Below are positions 1 to 8,873 of a stretch of 32,000 nucleotides of DNA, in pieces. The translations under genes were made by a program, and so were the position numbers. How positions within the stretch are numbered: the first letter of the stretch is position 1; every line of letters starts with the position of its first letter. The stretch comes from Cereibacter sphaeroides 2.4.1 (lineage in GTDB: Bacteria > Pseudomonadota > Alphaproteobacteria > Rhodobacterales > Rhodobacteraceae), in NCBI RefSeq assembly GCF_000012905.2, contig NC_007493.2, positions 90,001 to 122,000 on the forward strand, read 5' to 3'. Under the pieces are notes generated by a model, which did not search any database, had not been told where the DNA came from, and was given only the letters and a program-made list of their open reading frames with translations.

Positions 1-28
1 GCCACCCCGACACGGGCAAGAGCCTTAC

Positions 29-784
29 CTACAGCGCGCCCTGTCCCTTCTGAGCGGGCAGCCAGCCGGTGGCCAGCACGCTTTCCCAGTCGGGCCGGCC
101 GTAGCGGCCGGCGAGGCGGGCGGCCCGGTCGTGGTCGTAGGGGATCTGGCGGAAGGTCACGCGCCAGTCCCCGCCCTTGCTGTCGAGGATCGCGTAGCAG
201 GCGGCCGGCGTGCCGGACTCGACCCGGTGCGGCACCGGCGCGTCATCCTCGTAGCCCGGGCAGCCGACCGAGCCCGGATTGACCACGAGCCGCCCGTCGG
301 GCAGCCGCACCGACCGCGCGAGATGGGTATGGCCGCAAAGGATCAGCCGCTCGGTTATGCCGTCCGCGAAGCGCGAAATGCGCTCGAGCGGGCTCGGCGC
401 CACATGGCCCTCGGGCGTGACGTGATGCAGCCAGTAGATCAGGTCCGAGCCCGGCGTCGCATGGCAGAGGAAGGCGCCGGCCTCGACCCGCGTCGCCGGA
501 AGGGCCGCCAGCCAGTCCCGCTGCGCCGCCGAGAGCCGCGGCCGCGCGTCGGTCTCCCAGACGGTGCCGCCCTCCGGCTCCACCAGCCAGCGGTCATGGT
601 TGCCCCGCACCGCAGGCCAGTTTGCCTCCATCAGCAGGTCCGCCGTCCGCTCGACCTCCAGCGGGCCGGAGAGGCAGTCGCCCAGATTGACCACGAGGTC
701 GGGCGACTGAAGGGCGAGGTCCGCCCTCACCGCTTCCAGCGCATCGGCATTGCCGTGGATGTCGGCGAGGACGGCGAGCCTCAT
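29..784 (-). CDS. metallophosphoesterase (calcineurin-like phosphoesterase family)
   Basis: 251-aa ORF with the ordered metallophosphatase motifs DIHGN, GDCLSG, GNHD and GHTH. Its ATG overlaps the upstream stop as ATGA (781-784), implying translational coupling with the aldehyde dehydrogenase gene. Confidence 0.85.
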   Translation of the reverse strand: MRLAVLADIHGNADALEAVRADLALQSPDLVVNLGDCLSGPLEVERTADLLMEANWPAVRGNHDRWLVEPEGGTVWETDARPRLSAAQRDWLAALPATRVEAGAFLCHATPGSDLIYWLHHVTPEGHVAPSPLERISRFADGITERLILCGHTHLARSVRLPDGRLVVNPGSVGCPGYEDDAPVPHRVESGTPAACYAILDSKGGDWRVTFRQIPYDHDRAARLAGRYGRPDWESVLATGWLPAQKGQGAL

Positions 785-2241
785 TCGGCGGCCAGCGCCT
801 CGGCCTCGGGATCCCAGCCCGAGATGGCCTTGACCTCGAGGAATTCCTCGATGCCCCAGACGCCGCCCTCGCGCGCCCGGCCCGAGGCCTTGACGCCGCC
901 GAACGGGGCGCCCGCGCCGCGCGACTTGCCGTTCATCTCGACCATGCCCGAGCGGAGGCGGCGGGCAAGGCGGTTGCGCCGCGCCCCGTCCTCGCTCTGG
1001 ACATAGTTCGTCAGGCCGTAGGGCGTGTCGTTGGCGATCCGCACCGCCTCTTCCTCGGTCTCGAACGGCAGGATCGACAGGACCGGCCCGAAGATCTCCT
1101 CTCGCTCGATGGTCATGCCGGGGGTCACGTCGGCAAAGACGGTGGGCCGCACGAAGAAGCCGCGATTGAGCCCGTCGGGTCGGCCAAGGCCGCCCGCCAC
1201 CAGCCGGGCGCCCTCGTCGATGCCCTTCTGGATGTAGGACTGGATCTGCTCGAACTGGCGCTTGTTCACCACCGGCCCGATATGGGGCCCTTCCTCATGC
1301 GCCGAGGCCACGCGGGTCTTCGCCGCCACCTCGGCCGCGATCTCGACGGCGCGATCATAGAGTGGCCGCTCGACCAGCATCCGGGTCGGGGCGTTGCAGC
1401 TCTGGCCCGAGTTGTTGAAACAGTGCTTCACGCCCCGCTCGACCGCGCGCTCGTCGGCATCGGCGAAGATCAGGTTCGCGCCCTTGCCGCCGAGCTCCAG
1501 CGTCACGCGCTTGAGCGACTCGGCCGCAGCCTTCGAGATCGCGCGGCCCGCGCGGGTCGAGCCGGTGAAGGAGATCATCTCGACATCCGGGTGCGAGGAG
1601 AGCTGCGTGCCCACGCCAGCGCCGTCGCCGTTCACGAGGTTGAAGACGCCCGCGGGCAGGCCTGCATCATGGACGAATTCGGCGAAGAGGAGCGAGGAGA
1701 GCGGCGCCTCCTCCGAGGGTTTCAGCACGCAGGTGCAGCCCGCGAGCAGCGCCGGGATGACCTTCAGCGTCACCTGATTCATCGGCCAGTTCCAGGGCGT
1801 GATGAGGCCCACCACGCCGATCGGCTCGAGCGCGATCCGGTCGTTCGGCGCATGCGGGCCGAGCGGGCGCACCCATTCGATCTCCTCGAAGGCCTTGAGG
1901 AAGTTCGTCAGGTGCCACGGCAGGCAGGGCGCCTGACTGTTCCGCGCAAGGTCGATGGGCGCCCCCATCTCGAGGCTGATCGCCTGCGCCATCTCTTCCT
2001 TGCGCGCCTCATATTGCGCGAGGATGCCCTTCACGAGGCGCAGCCGCTCGGCGGGCGGCGTGGCGGCCCAGCCCTCGAAGGCGGCTTTCGCCGCGGCCAC
2101 CGCCGCATCCGTATCCGCCTGATCGCCGAGCGAGATCACCGCGCAGGCCTCTTCCGTCGACGGGTCGATGACCTCGCAGTCCCGCGCCTCGGCCGGAGCG
2201 GTCCAGCCCCCGTTGATGTAGAAGTCGCGTTTCTCGATCAT
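781..2241 (-). CDS. NAD(P)-dependent aldehyde dehydrogenase
   Basis: 486-aa ORF with ALDH superfamily signatures: ITPWNWP, catalytic Glu context LELGGKG, catalytic Cys context NSGQSCNAPTR. Strong SD AAGGAGG lies 5 nt upstream of the ATG at 2241. Confidence 0.9.
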   Translation of the reverse strand: MIEKRDFYINGGWTAPAEARDCEVIDPSTEEACAVISLGDQADTDAAVAAAKAAFEGWAATPPAERLRLVKGILAQYEARKEEMAQAISLEMGAPIDLARNSQAPCLPWHLTNFLKAFEEIEWVRPLGPHAPNDRIALEPIGVVGLITPWNWPMNQVTLKVIPALLAGCTCVLKPSEEAPLSSLLFAEFVHDAGLPAGVFNLVNGDGAGVGTQLSSHPDVEMISFTGSTRAGRAISKAAAESLKRVTLELGGKGANLIFADADERAVERGVKHCFNNSGQSCNAPTRMLVERPLYDRAVEIAAEVAAKTRVASAHEEGPHIGPVVNKRQFEQIQSYIQKGIDEGARLVAGGLGRPDGLNRGFFVRPTVFADVTPGMTIEREEIFGPVLSILPFETEEEAVRIANDTPYGLTNYVQSEDGARRNRLARRLRSGMVEMNGKSRGAGAPFGGVKASGRAREGGVWGIEEFLEVKAISGWDPEAEALAAE

Positions 2242-2702
2242 GGCATCCTCCTTGAACCTTGCGGGGAAGGTGGCACCCCGCAGGCGCCTCGTCCAGCGCG
2301 ATCCCGGCGGGTTGATCCGAAATGATCCCCGACAGAGATGTCTTTAGCGAGGAGGAGGCACGGAGACGGTGAGCGTGATCCTGCCCGCGGCCGAAGTCGC
2401 AGGAGGCAGGGACTCCCTGACCAGCGCGGAAAACCGGAGGCGCCACCGGGCCGCGCTCTGGGGCAGACGGCCTCTGCCGCGGCTCACGTCCTGCAGCGGG
2501 CCTCGGCCGGGGAGGTTTCCGCAGGGCGCGGACCATGCGAAGTCGGTCCGGGGGGGCGCAATCGGTGTCGTTCGAGGAGAGCGATCTTGCAGGTCAGCGC
2601 GCTTGGCGTCGCCATCCGCATGAGCCGATCGAAACGTGCGCCGGCAGAGGGAGGCTGCCGATGTCCGAGGTCTTGCGCTGAAAGATGCAGGGAGGGGAGA
2701 AG

Positions 2703-2778
2703 TGGTGCCGGTGAAGGGACTCGAACCCCCGACCCCATCATTACGAATGACGTGCTCTACCAGCTGAGCTACACCGGC
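2703..2778 (-). tRNA. tRNA-Thr (anticodon CGT), CCA encoded
   Basis: The reverse complement reads GCCGGTG-TA-GCTC-AGCTGGTA-GAGC-A-CGTCA-TTCGTAA-TGATG-GGGTC-GGGGG-TTCGAGT-CCCTT-CACCGGC-ACCA. Hand-folded cloverleaf of 76 nt with a 7-bp acceptor stem, TTCGAGT T-loop and anticodon loop TTCGTAA. Confidence 0.9.
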
Positions 2779-2944
2779 ACTTCTCGGACAGGACCGCGGG
2801 GCGGTCCGGTCGATCGCGGCTCCGGTCAAGAGGCTGGAGAGCCTTGCCTTTTCCGGGGATCCGGGCGCCCGGCGGCTGGTCCGCCTGCGCCCGATCCGGC
2901 GATGTTGCGGGGCTTCTAGCAAAGTCCCGCGGCGGTGGGTAGCC

Positions 2945-4393
2945 CTATTTTGTGCTGGGCTCAACCGCTTTTTCGTCGATCACATCCTCGTCCATGGGAT
3001 CGGCCGGCCGCGCCGCGGGCGCGCCCACGATCAGCGGCAGAAGCTCGGTTCCCGTGGCGCTCGGCGTCGACTTCTGCGTGGGCTCGCGCCAGCTCAGCGT
3101 GTCGAAGCCGCCGCAGTTGTCGCAGATCGGCGCCCAGGTCGCATGGACCGTCTGGCAGTTGTCGCAGCACCATTGCGGGCCGCGCGGCGCCGTCAGCGCG
3201 CGCGCCAGCCAGCCGCGGACCACAGCCTCGTCCCCGCCCTCGCCGCGCTCGACCGCCGCCATGATGGTCAGCGCCCGCTGCGTCGGATGACGCGCCACGA
3301 TGTCGCCCAGAGCACGCCGGGCACCCGGGAAATCCTCGGCCGCCAGCGACAGTTCGGCGATCAGCATCCGCGTCTCGTCGTGATCGGGATGGATCGCGGT
3401 CAGGGTGCGGAACCGCTTGAGCCGTTCGGCCGGCGTCTCGTCCGGCTCGATCTCGGCGAAGGCTGCCGCGAGATCGGGATGCGGCTCGGCCTCCCAGGCC
3501 TTCTTCAGAACGCGCGTGGCATATTTCTTGTTGCCCTGCGCGAGATAGCTGCGCGCCGCCATCGCCGCGGCCGGGATCAGGTCGGGCGACTGCTTGTTGG
3601 CGAGGATCGCCGCTTCGCGCGCCTCGATCGAGGCATTCTCGTCGAACACGTCCTTGGCGGTCTGCAGCGCCAGCACCGCATCGCGCCGCTTGTAGACCGC
3701 CTTCGGCAGCGCGCCCGACTTCATCTTGGCGGAGAGCGTGCTGCGCGCGCCCGACCAGTCGTGCAGATCGGCCTGCAGCTTCAGCAGGATGTCCTGCGTC
3801 TCGGAGTGCTTGGGGTTGATCTCGAAGGCCTTCTGCGCCAGCGCCAGCGCCGTATCGGTGTCGCCCTCGTCCAGCTTCTGCTTCAGCAGCCCCCGGACGC
3901 CCACGAAGCGGGTGCGCTCATCCTCGAGGAGCAGCTTGTAGGATTCCTGCGCCCGGCGCGAATCGCCCGCCTGCTGCGCGGCCTGCGCGTTCAGCAGCGT
4001 GGTCATCGCGTTCTGGCCGAGGTATTTCCGCGCCTTTGCCGCGCGGGACATGGCGGTGCGCGGCTCGCCCGCGGCCAGCGCCATCATCCCTTCCGAAAGC
4101 GCGCGCAGGCCCTTCTGCTCGCGCGAGCGGTCGAAGTAGCGCGAGACGGCGGTCTCGTCCCCGTTCAGGAAGCGCAGCACCGCGAAGAGGAAGCCCACGA
4201 TCTTCAGGAACAGCCAGACCGCGAGGATCAGGAGCAACGCCGCGATCACCGCCTGCAGCGGCCCGAGGTTGAGCTCGAGATCGCCCACCGCCAGCCGCAG
4301 CGCGCCGCCGCTCTCCATGAGCTGCGAGGCGCCGAAGGTGAGCGCGACCACGAGGGCCACGAAAATCAGGATCTTGATCAAGGACCAAAGCAT
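2945..4393 (-). CDS. HemY-like membrane TPR protein (HemY_N family; conserved neighbour of alphaproteobacterial Mic60)
   Basis: The track ORF is 608 aa, but its first 126 codons are Arg/Pro-rich and overlap the upstream gene. I start at ATG 4393 (MLWSLIKILIFVALVVAL...), giving 482 aa. It has two N-terminal hydrophobic helices, TPR-like helical repeats, and a C-terminal CDNC-X10-CDNC zinc-ribbon-like motif. Confidence 0.8.
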   Translation of the reverse strand: MLWSLIKILIFVALVVALTFGASQLMESGGALRLAVGDLELNLGPLQAVIAALLLILAVWLFLKIVGFLFAVLRFLNGDETAVSRYFDRSREQKGLRALSEGMMALAAGEPRTAMSRAAKARKYLGQNAMTTLLNAQAAQQAGDSRRAQESYKLLLEDERTRFVGVRGLLKQKLDEGDTDTALALAQKAFEINPKHSETQDILLKLQADLHDWSGARSTLSAKMKSGALPKAVYKRRDAVLALQTAKDVFDENASIEAREAAILANKQSPDLIPAAAMAARSYLAQGNKKYATRVLKKAWEAEPHPDLAAAFAEIEPDETPAERLKRFRTLTAIHPDHDETRMLIAELSLAAEDFPGARRALGDIVARHPTQRALTIMAAVERGEGGDEAVVRGWLARALTAPRGPQWCCDNCQTVHATWAPICDNCGGFDTLSWREPTQKSTPSATGTELLPLIVGAPAARPADPMDEDVIDEKAVEPSTK

Positions 4394-4403
4394 GGAACCG
4401 GCC

Positions 4404-5705
4404 TCACTTCCCTTCCGCGGCTGCGGCGAGAGCCGCGACGGCGTCGATTGCCTCAATGCGTTTGCGCACGGCGTCGGTCCAGCCGGCCATGGCCTGCTGC
4501 CCCTCGGGCGGCAGCGCCGCGACCTCGTCGAGCGCCTTCTGCAGGTCGCCCGCCCGGACGGCGGCCTCGGCCCGCGACAGGACGGCGTCGGGTCCGTCAC
4601 CCGCCCGCGGCGCGAGCGAGCGCACACCGGCTTCGGAGAGCAGGAAGGCCTGCGCCCGCGAGGTCCAGCTGTCGCCCATGGTGGCGCGGCGCGAGACGGC
4701 CAGCGCCTCGCGGGCGGCGGCGGGGAACTCGTCCTCGAGCGTGTCGAGGGTCGGAATGCCGCCCTCGGCATGGGCGGAGAGCGCCTCGGGCACGGTCACG
4801 CCCTTGGCGGTCAGCTCGTCGAGCGGCGCGCGGTAGGTCTGACCCGCGTCGATGGCGGCCTGGACCTGCGCCAGCGCGGCGGCGGTCACGGCCGCCTGCG
4901 CCTGCGCCTCGGCCTCTGCCTTGAGGTCGGCCGCGGCCTTCTCGGCCTCGGCGATCCGCGCTTGAGCCTCGGCCTGCGCATCGCTGACGGCCGAGCCGGA
5001 GGCTTCGGCGATCTGGGTGCGGAGCGCCTCGATCTCGGCCATCAGCGCGCCCGTGTCGGCACCCGGGGCACCGCCCTCGGCGGGGGCCGTGGCCAGCTGC
5101 GCCTCGAGCTCGGCCACGCGCGCTTCGGCGGCGGCGGCGCGATCCTGGGCCGCGGTCAGCTCTTCGGCCGAGGGACCCGCTGCGGGGGCGGGTTCGGGGG
5201 CTGGCCGCTCGGACGCTGCGGCGAGCTCGGCGCGCAGCTGCTCGATCTCGCGCTGCTGGGCCGTCGACTGTGCGGTCTGGCCGTAGTTCGCAAGCGGCCA
5301 GTCCGGCTGGGCGTGGCGCGAATAGGCGAAGCCGCCGGCGGCGCCCGCGATGCCGCCAAGAAGCAGCAGGACGACGCCCGCGGGCCCGCCCGAGCTGCGT
5401 TGCGGCTCGGTCTTGCGGGGCGGCGGTGGCGGCGCTGCGGGCGCTTCTTCCGGCGGATCGAAGCGCTCGGGCTCCGTGGCGGGCGGCATTTCGGCCATGA
5501 GTTCCGCCTCGTCGGGCAGGGCGCGCTCGCTGTCGGGGCCTGCCGCGCTCAGCGGAGCGGGGTCCGCATCGACCGGGGCGGCCGGAGGCGCAGGTTCTCC
5601 CGCAGCCGCAGGCTCGACGGGTTCCGGCGTGGACAGGGTCTGGGGGTCGGGTGCATCACCGTCCCGTTTCTTCTCACCAGCTTCGCGGGACTCCGGTTCT
5701 GACAT
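4404..5705 (-). CDS. mitofilin/Mic60-family protein (alphaproteobacterial Mic60 homologue)
   Basis: 433-aa ORF. It has a Pro/Ala/Glu-rich N-terminus, one TM helix (GVVLLLLGGIAGAAGGFAY), and a long Ala/Glu/Gln coiled-coil region. The C-terminal segment (...AEAAVRAGDLQKALDEVAALPPEGQQAMAGWTDAVRKRIEAIDAV) resembles the mitofilin domain. It sits between hemD and the HemY-like gene, the synteny described for alphaMic60. The N-terminal start is uncertain. Confidence 0.7.
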   Translation of the reverse strand: MSEPESREAGEKKRDGDAPDPQTLSTPEPVEPAAAGEPAPPAAPVDADPAPLSAAGPDSERALPDEAELMAEMPPATEPERFDPPEEAPAAPPPPPRKTEPQRSSGGPAGVVLLLLGGIAGAAGGFAYSRHAQPDWPLANYGQTAQSTAQQREIEQLRAELAAASERPAPEPAPAAGPSAEELTAAQDRAAAAEARVAELEAQLATAPAEGGAPGADTGALMAEIEALRTQIAEASGSAVSDAQAEAQARIAEAEKAAADLKAEAEAQAQAAVTAAALAQVQAAIDAGQTYRAPLDELTAKGVTVPEALSAHAEGGIPTLDTLEDEFPAAAREALAVSRRATMGDSWTSRAQAFLLSEAGVRSLAPRAGDGPDAVLSRAEAAVRAGDLQKALDEVAALPPEGQQAMAGWTDAVRKRIEAIDAVAALAAAAEGK

Positions 5706-5772
5706 CGCCGTGCCTTCCAGTTTTTCAGGTGTTTTGTGACCGAAGTCACCCTAGCTGCTGCGGCGGGATGCC

Positions 5773-6516
5773 TCAAGCATCTGCCTCTGCGTCAAGTAGC
5801 GCCTTGACCGCCTGAAGGAGCGCCTCGGCATCGGGGCGGGCCGCCACCGAGAGCCGCGCGACGGGCAGGGCGGCCGCGGCCTCGGCCACGGCGGGGCTCA
5901 TCGCCGCGACCCAGAGCGGGCCGGTGCCGCCGATGCGGGCCAGTTCCTGTGCGAGAAGCCGCGCGGTCCGGGGCGAGAAGAGCGGGGCGATCACCGGGGC
6001 GCCGTCCGTGAGGAGGGCCCGGGCCTCGGACGAGAGCGGCTGCGGGCGCTGGTCGTAGACCACGGCCTCGGCCGCGGTAAGTCCGGCCGCAGCGAGCCTT
6101 GGGGCCACCTCGCCCCGGCTCTCGGCCCCCCGCAGATGCAGGAGGGGGCCCGGCTCGTCTGCGGCGAGGATGGCCGCGATCAGCCGCTCGGCATCGCCCT
6201 CGGCCGAGTGCGCCGCAAGGCCCGCGGCCTCGGCGGCGCGTGCCGTGCGGTTGCCCACGCACCAGGCGCGGCGGACATCCGACAGTTCGGGCGCGGCGAG
6301 GCGCCGGTAGCCCTCGACCCCGGTTTCGGAGGTGAAGATCAGGGCGTCCGGCCGGAGCGGGATCGCGGGCACGAGAAAGGCCGGCACCATCAGCGGCGAG
6401 GTCACCAGCCGCACGGGCCCCAGCGCCTCGGCCGGCGCCGCGGCAAAGCGCGCGCCCTGCGCCTCGGGGCGGGTCAGAAGCACGGCCGGAACAAGGGGGC
6501 GGGATTGTGGGACCAT
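5773..6516 (-). CDS. hemD: uroporphyrinogen-III synthase
   Basis: C-terminal 247 codons of the 663-aa track ORF, starting at ATG 6516 ([21 protein letters not shown]...). HemD-like pattern (LLTRP, FTSETGV, VGNRTA) and hem-cluster context. The long N-terminal extension is antisense to tsaD and Arg-rich, so it was rejected. Confidence 0.7.
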   Translation of the reverse strand: MVPQSRPLVPAVLLTRPEAQGARFAAAPAEALGPVRLVTSPLMVPAFLVPAIPLRPDALIFTSETGVEGYRRLAAPELSDVRRAWCVGNRTARAAEAAGLAAHSAEGDAERLIAAILAADEPGPLLHLRGAESRGEVAPRLAAAGLTAAEAVVYDQRPQPLSSEARALLTDGAPVIAPLFSPRTARLLAQELARIGGTGPLWVAAMSPAVAEAAAALPVARLSVAARPDAEALLQAVKALLDAEADA

Positions 6517-6588
6517 GAGCAAGGTGTTACCTGCGGTCAGATCCGTCGGCAACGGCGCCCCCCGTCGCATGCAGCAGGTTGCATCCAG

Positions 6589-7683
6589 ATGTCCCGTCCG
6601 CTCACCTTTCTCGGCATCGAGAGCAGCTGTGACGACACCGCGGCGGCCGTGGTGCGCGCGGAGGGCACGCGGGCGGAGATCCTCTCTTCGGTGGTGGACG
6701 GGCAGACGGCGCTGCATGCGGCCTTCGGCGGCGTGGTGCCCGAGATCGCGGCCCGTGCCCATGCCGAACGGCTGGACCTCTGCGTCGAACGCGCGCTGGA
6801 GGAGGCGGGCCTCGGACTGCGCGACCTCGACGGGATCGCGGTGACGGCGGGGCCGGGGCTGATCGGCGGCGTTCTGTCGGGCGTCATGCTGGCCAAGGGG
6901 CTTGCGGCGGGCACCGGCCTGCCGCTCGTGGGGGTGAACCATCTGGCGGGCCACGCGCTCACGCCGCGGCTGACGGACGGGCTCGCCTTCCCTTATCTCA
7001 TGCTTCTGGTGTCGGGTGGGCATTGCCAGTTCCTGATCGCGCGTGGAGCGGAAGAGTTTTCGCGCCTCGGAGGTTCCATCGACGATGCGCCGGGCGAGGC
7101 TTTCGACAAGACGGCGAAGCTGCTGGGCCTGCCGCAGCCGGGCGGGCCTTCGGTCGAGGCCGAGGCGGCAGCGGGCGATCCGCGCCGCTTCGCCTTTCCA
7201 CGGCCGATGCTCGACCGGCCGGGCTGCGACATGTCCTTCTCGGGGCTGAAGACCGCGCTTCTGCGGGCGCGCGACGGGCTCGTGGCCGAGAAGGGCGGGC
7301 TCACGCGGGCCGACCGGGCCGACCTCTGCGCGGGCTTTCAGGCCGCGGTGGTCGAGGTGCTGGCCGAAAAGACCCGCCGCGCGCTGGCGGTCTATGCGGC
7401 CGAGGGCGCGGCCGAGCCCGCGCTGGCCGTGGCGGGCGGGGTCGCGGCCAACGGGCCGATCCGGGCGGCGCTGACCCGCGTGGCCGAGGCGGCAGGCGTG
7501 CGCTTCCTCGCCCCGCCGCTCCGGCTCTGCACCGACAATGCGGCGATGATCGCCTGGGCCGGGATTGAGCGGTTCCGCGCCGGCGGCCGCGACGGGATGG
7601 AGCTGTCCGCCCGCCCGCGCTGGCCGCTCGACCGCAGCGCGCCGGCGCTGATCGGCTCGGGCAGGAAGGGGGCCAAGGCATGA
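6589..7683 (+). CDS. tsaD: tRNA N6-adenosine threonylcarbamoyltransferase TsaD
   Basis: Internal ATG 6589 of the track ORF gives 364 aa beginning [21 protein letters not shown]. It carries the Kae1/TsaD metal-binding NHLAGH motif. It is divergent from hemD across 72 nt. Confidence 0.9.
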   Translation: MSRPLTFLGIESSCDDTAAAVVRAEGTRAEILSSVVDGQTALHAAFGGVVPEIAARAHAERLDLCVERALEEAGLGLRDLDGIAVTAGPGLIGGVLSGVMLAKGLAAGTGLPLVGVNHLAGHALTPRLTDGLAFPYLMLLVSGGHCQFLIARGAEEFSRLGGSIDDAPGEAFDKTAKLLGLPQPGGPSVEAEAAAGDPRRFAFPRPMLDRPGCDMSFSGLKTALLRARDGLVAEKGGLTRADRADLCAGFQAAVVEVLAEKTRRALAVYAAEGAAEPALAVAGGVAANGPIRAALTRVAEAAGVRFLAPPLRLCTDNAAMIAWAGIERFRAGGRDGMELSARPRWPLDRSAPALIGSGRKGAKA

Positions 7684-8597
7684 TCGGCATTCTGGGCGCA
7701 GGCGCCTTCGGCACGGCGCTGGCGGTGACGCTCGGACGCGAGCAGCCGGTGACGCTCTGGGCACGCGGCGGCACGCCCCGGCTCGCCGTCGATCTGCCGG
7801 AGCAGGTCCAGCTCACCGCCGATTTCGGCGAGGCGCTGGCCGGGACGGTGCTGCTGGCGGTGCCCATGCAGGCCCTCGGAGGGCTTTTGCGGGCCGAGGC
7901 CGCGCGGCTTCAGGGACGCGCGCTTGTCGCCTGCTGCAAGGGCGTCGACCTCGCCACCGGCCTCGGCCCGACGGGGCTCATTGCCGAGGCCTGTCCGGGC
8001 AGCCCCGCCGCCATCCTCACGGGCCCGAGCTTCGCGGCCGACATCGCCCGCGGGCTGCCAACGGCGCTAACGCTCGCCACCCAGGACGAGGCCGCAGGCG
8101 AGGCCCTGCAGCGCCAGCTGTCGACCGCGGCGCTGCGGCTCTACCGGACGACCGACACGGTGGGGGCCGAGCTCGGCGGGGCGCTGAAGAACGTGATCGC
8201 CATCGCCGCGGGCGTGGTGATCGGCGCGGGCCTCGGCCAGTCGGCGCGGGCCGCGCTGATGACGCGGGGCTATGCCGAGATGCAGCGGCTGGCGCTCGCG
8301 CTCGGCGCCCGGCCCGAGACGCTGGCCGGCCTTTCGGGCTTGGGCGATCTGGTCCTGACCTGCACCTCGGACCAGTCGCGGAACTTCCGCTACGGCCAGG
8401 CGCTCGGCGCGGGCGCGGCGTTCGATGGCAGCGTGACCGTCGAGGGCCGCGCGACGGCCCGCGCGGTGGTCGATCTCGCCGTCCGCCACGGGATCGACAT
8501 GCCGATCGCCGCCATGGTCGATGCGCTCGTCGAGGGGCGCGTGACCCTGCCGCAGGCCATCCAGTCCCTTTTGTCCCGCCCCCTGAAACAGGAGTAG
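7680..8597 (+). CDS. gpsA: NAD(P)H-dependent glycerol-3-phosphate dehydrogenase
   Basis: 305 aa with an N-terminal Rossmann motif [12 protein letters not shown] and the [12 protein letters not shown] motif. Its ATG overlaps the tsaD stop (ATGA at 7680-7683). Confidence 0.9.
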   Translation: MIGILGAGAFGTALAVTLGREQPVTLWARGGTPRLAVDLPEQVQLTADFGEALAGTVLLAVPMQALGGLLRAEAARLQGRALVACCKGVDLATGLGPTGLIAEACPGSPAAILTGPSFAADIARGLPTALTLATQDEAAGEALQRQLSTAALRLYRTTDTVGAELGGALKNVIAIAAGVVIGAGLGQSARAALMTRGYAEMQRLALALGARPETLAGLSGLGDLVLTCTSDQSRNFRYGQALGAGAAFDGSVTVEGRATARAVVDLAVRHGIDMPIAAMVDALVEGRVTLPQAIQSLLSRPLKQE

Positions 8598-8600
8598 CCC

Positions 8601-8873
8601 ATGCGCGTGGCCCTCATCTGCACCGACAAGGCCGGTGCGCTCCAGACCCGGCTCGACAATCGCTCGGCCCATCTGGCCTATATCGCCGAAACCGGCGTGG
8701 TCGAGATGGCGGGCCCGTTCCTGAGCCCCGAGGGGCAGATGACCGGCTCGCTCGTGGTGCTCGAGGTGGGATCGCTGGCCGAGGCCGAGGCCTGGGCCGC
8801 AGGCGATCCCTATGCGCAGGCCGGCCTCTTCGAGAGCGTCGCCATCTCCGAGTGGAAGAAGGTGGTGGGCTGA
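8601..8873 (+). CDS. YciI family protein
   Basis: 90 aa with a YciI-like pattern (R..HL.YI, GPF, DPY..AGLF). It starts 3 nt after the gpsA stop, with AGGAG inside the gpsA 3' end. Confidence 0.8.
   Translation: MRVALICTDKAGALQTRLDNRSAHLAYIAETGVVEMAGPFLSPEGQMTGSLVVLEVGSLAEAEAWAAGDPYAQAGLFESVAISEWKKVVG

Noticed and set aside
2642-2702. Canonical CcsR/cuckoo sRNA repeat locus downstream of tRNA-Thr.
   Set aside because: No DUF1127 small ORF is present, there are no tandem roughly 80-nt repeat units, and only one CCUCC motif sits cleanly in a hairpin loop. I kept it as a weaker 'unknown RNA' finding instead.
2703-2778. tRNA-Thr as the attachment site of an integrated genomic island.
   Set aside because: There is no integrase, no mobility genes and no long direct repeat of the tRNA 3' end. 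The only partial copy (GCCGGTGAAGG at 1561-1571) lies inside the aldehyde dehydrogenase coding frame and is a chance-length match.
2338-2964. ORFs of 193 and 206 aa on both strands spanning the tRNA-Thr gene and the flanking gap.
   Set aside because: They run through a well-folded tRNA, have Arg/Pro/Gly-rich composition and show no start context.
4394-4771. 126-codon N-terminal extension of the HemY-like ORF (track start 4771).
   Set aside because: The extension is Arg/Pro/Ser-rich and overlaps the 3' end of the Mic60 gene in another frame. The hydrophobic HemY_N-type N-terminus begins at ATG 4393.
6517-7764. 416-codon N-terminal extension of the hemD ORF (663-aa track ORF).
   Set aside because: It is antisense to tsaD and gpsA and Arg-rich. 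The HemD-like sequence starts at [17 protein letters not shown] (ATG 6516).
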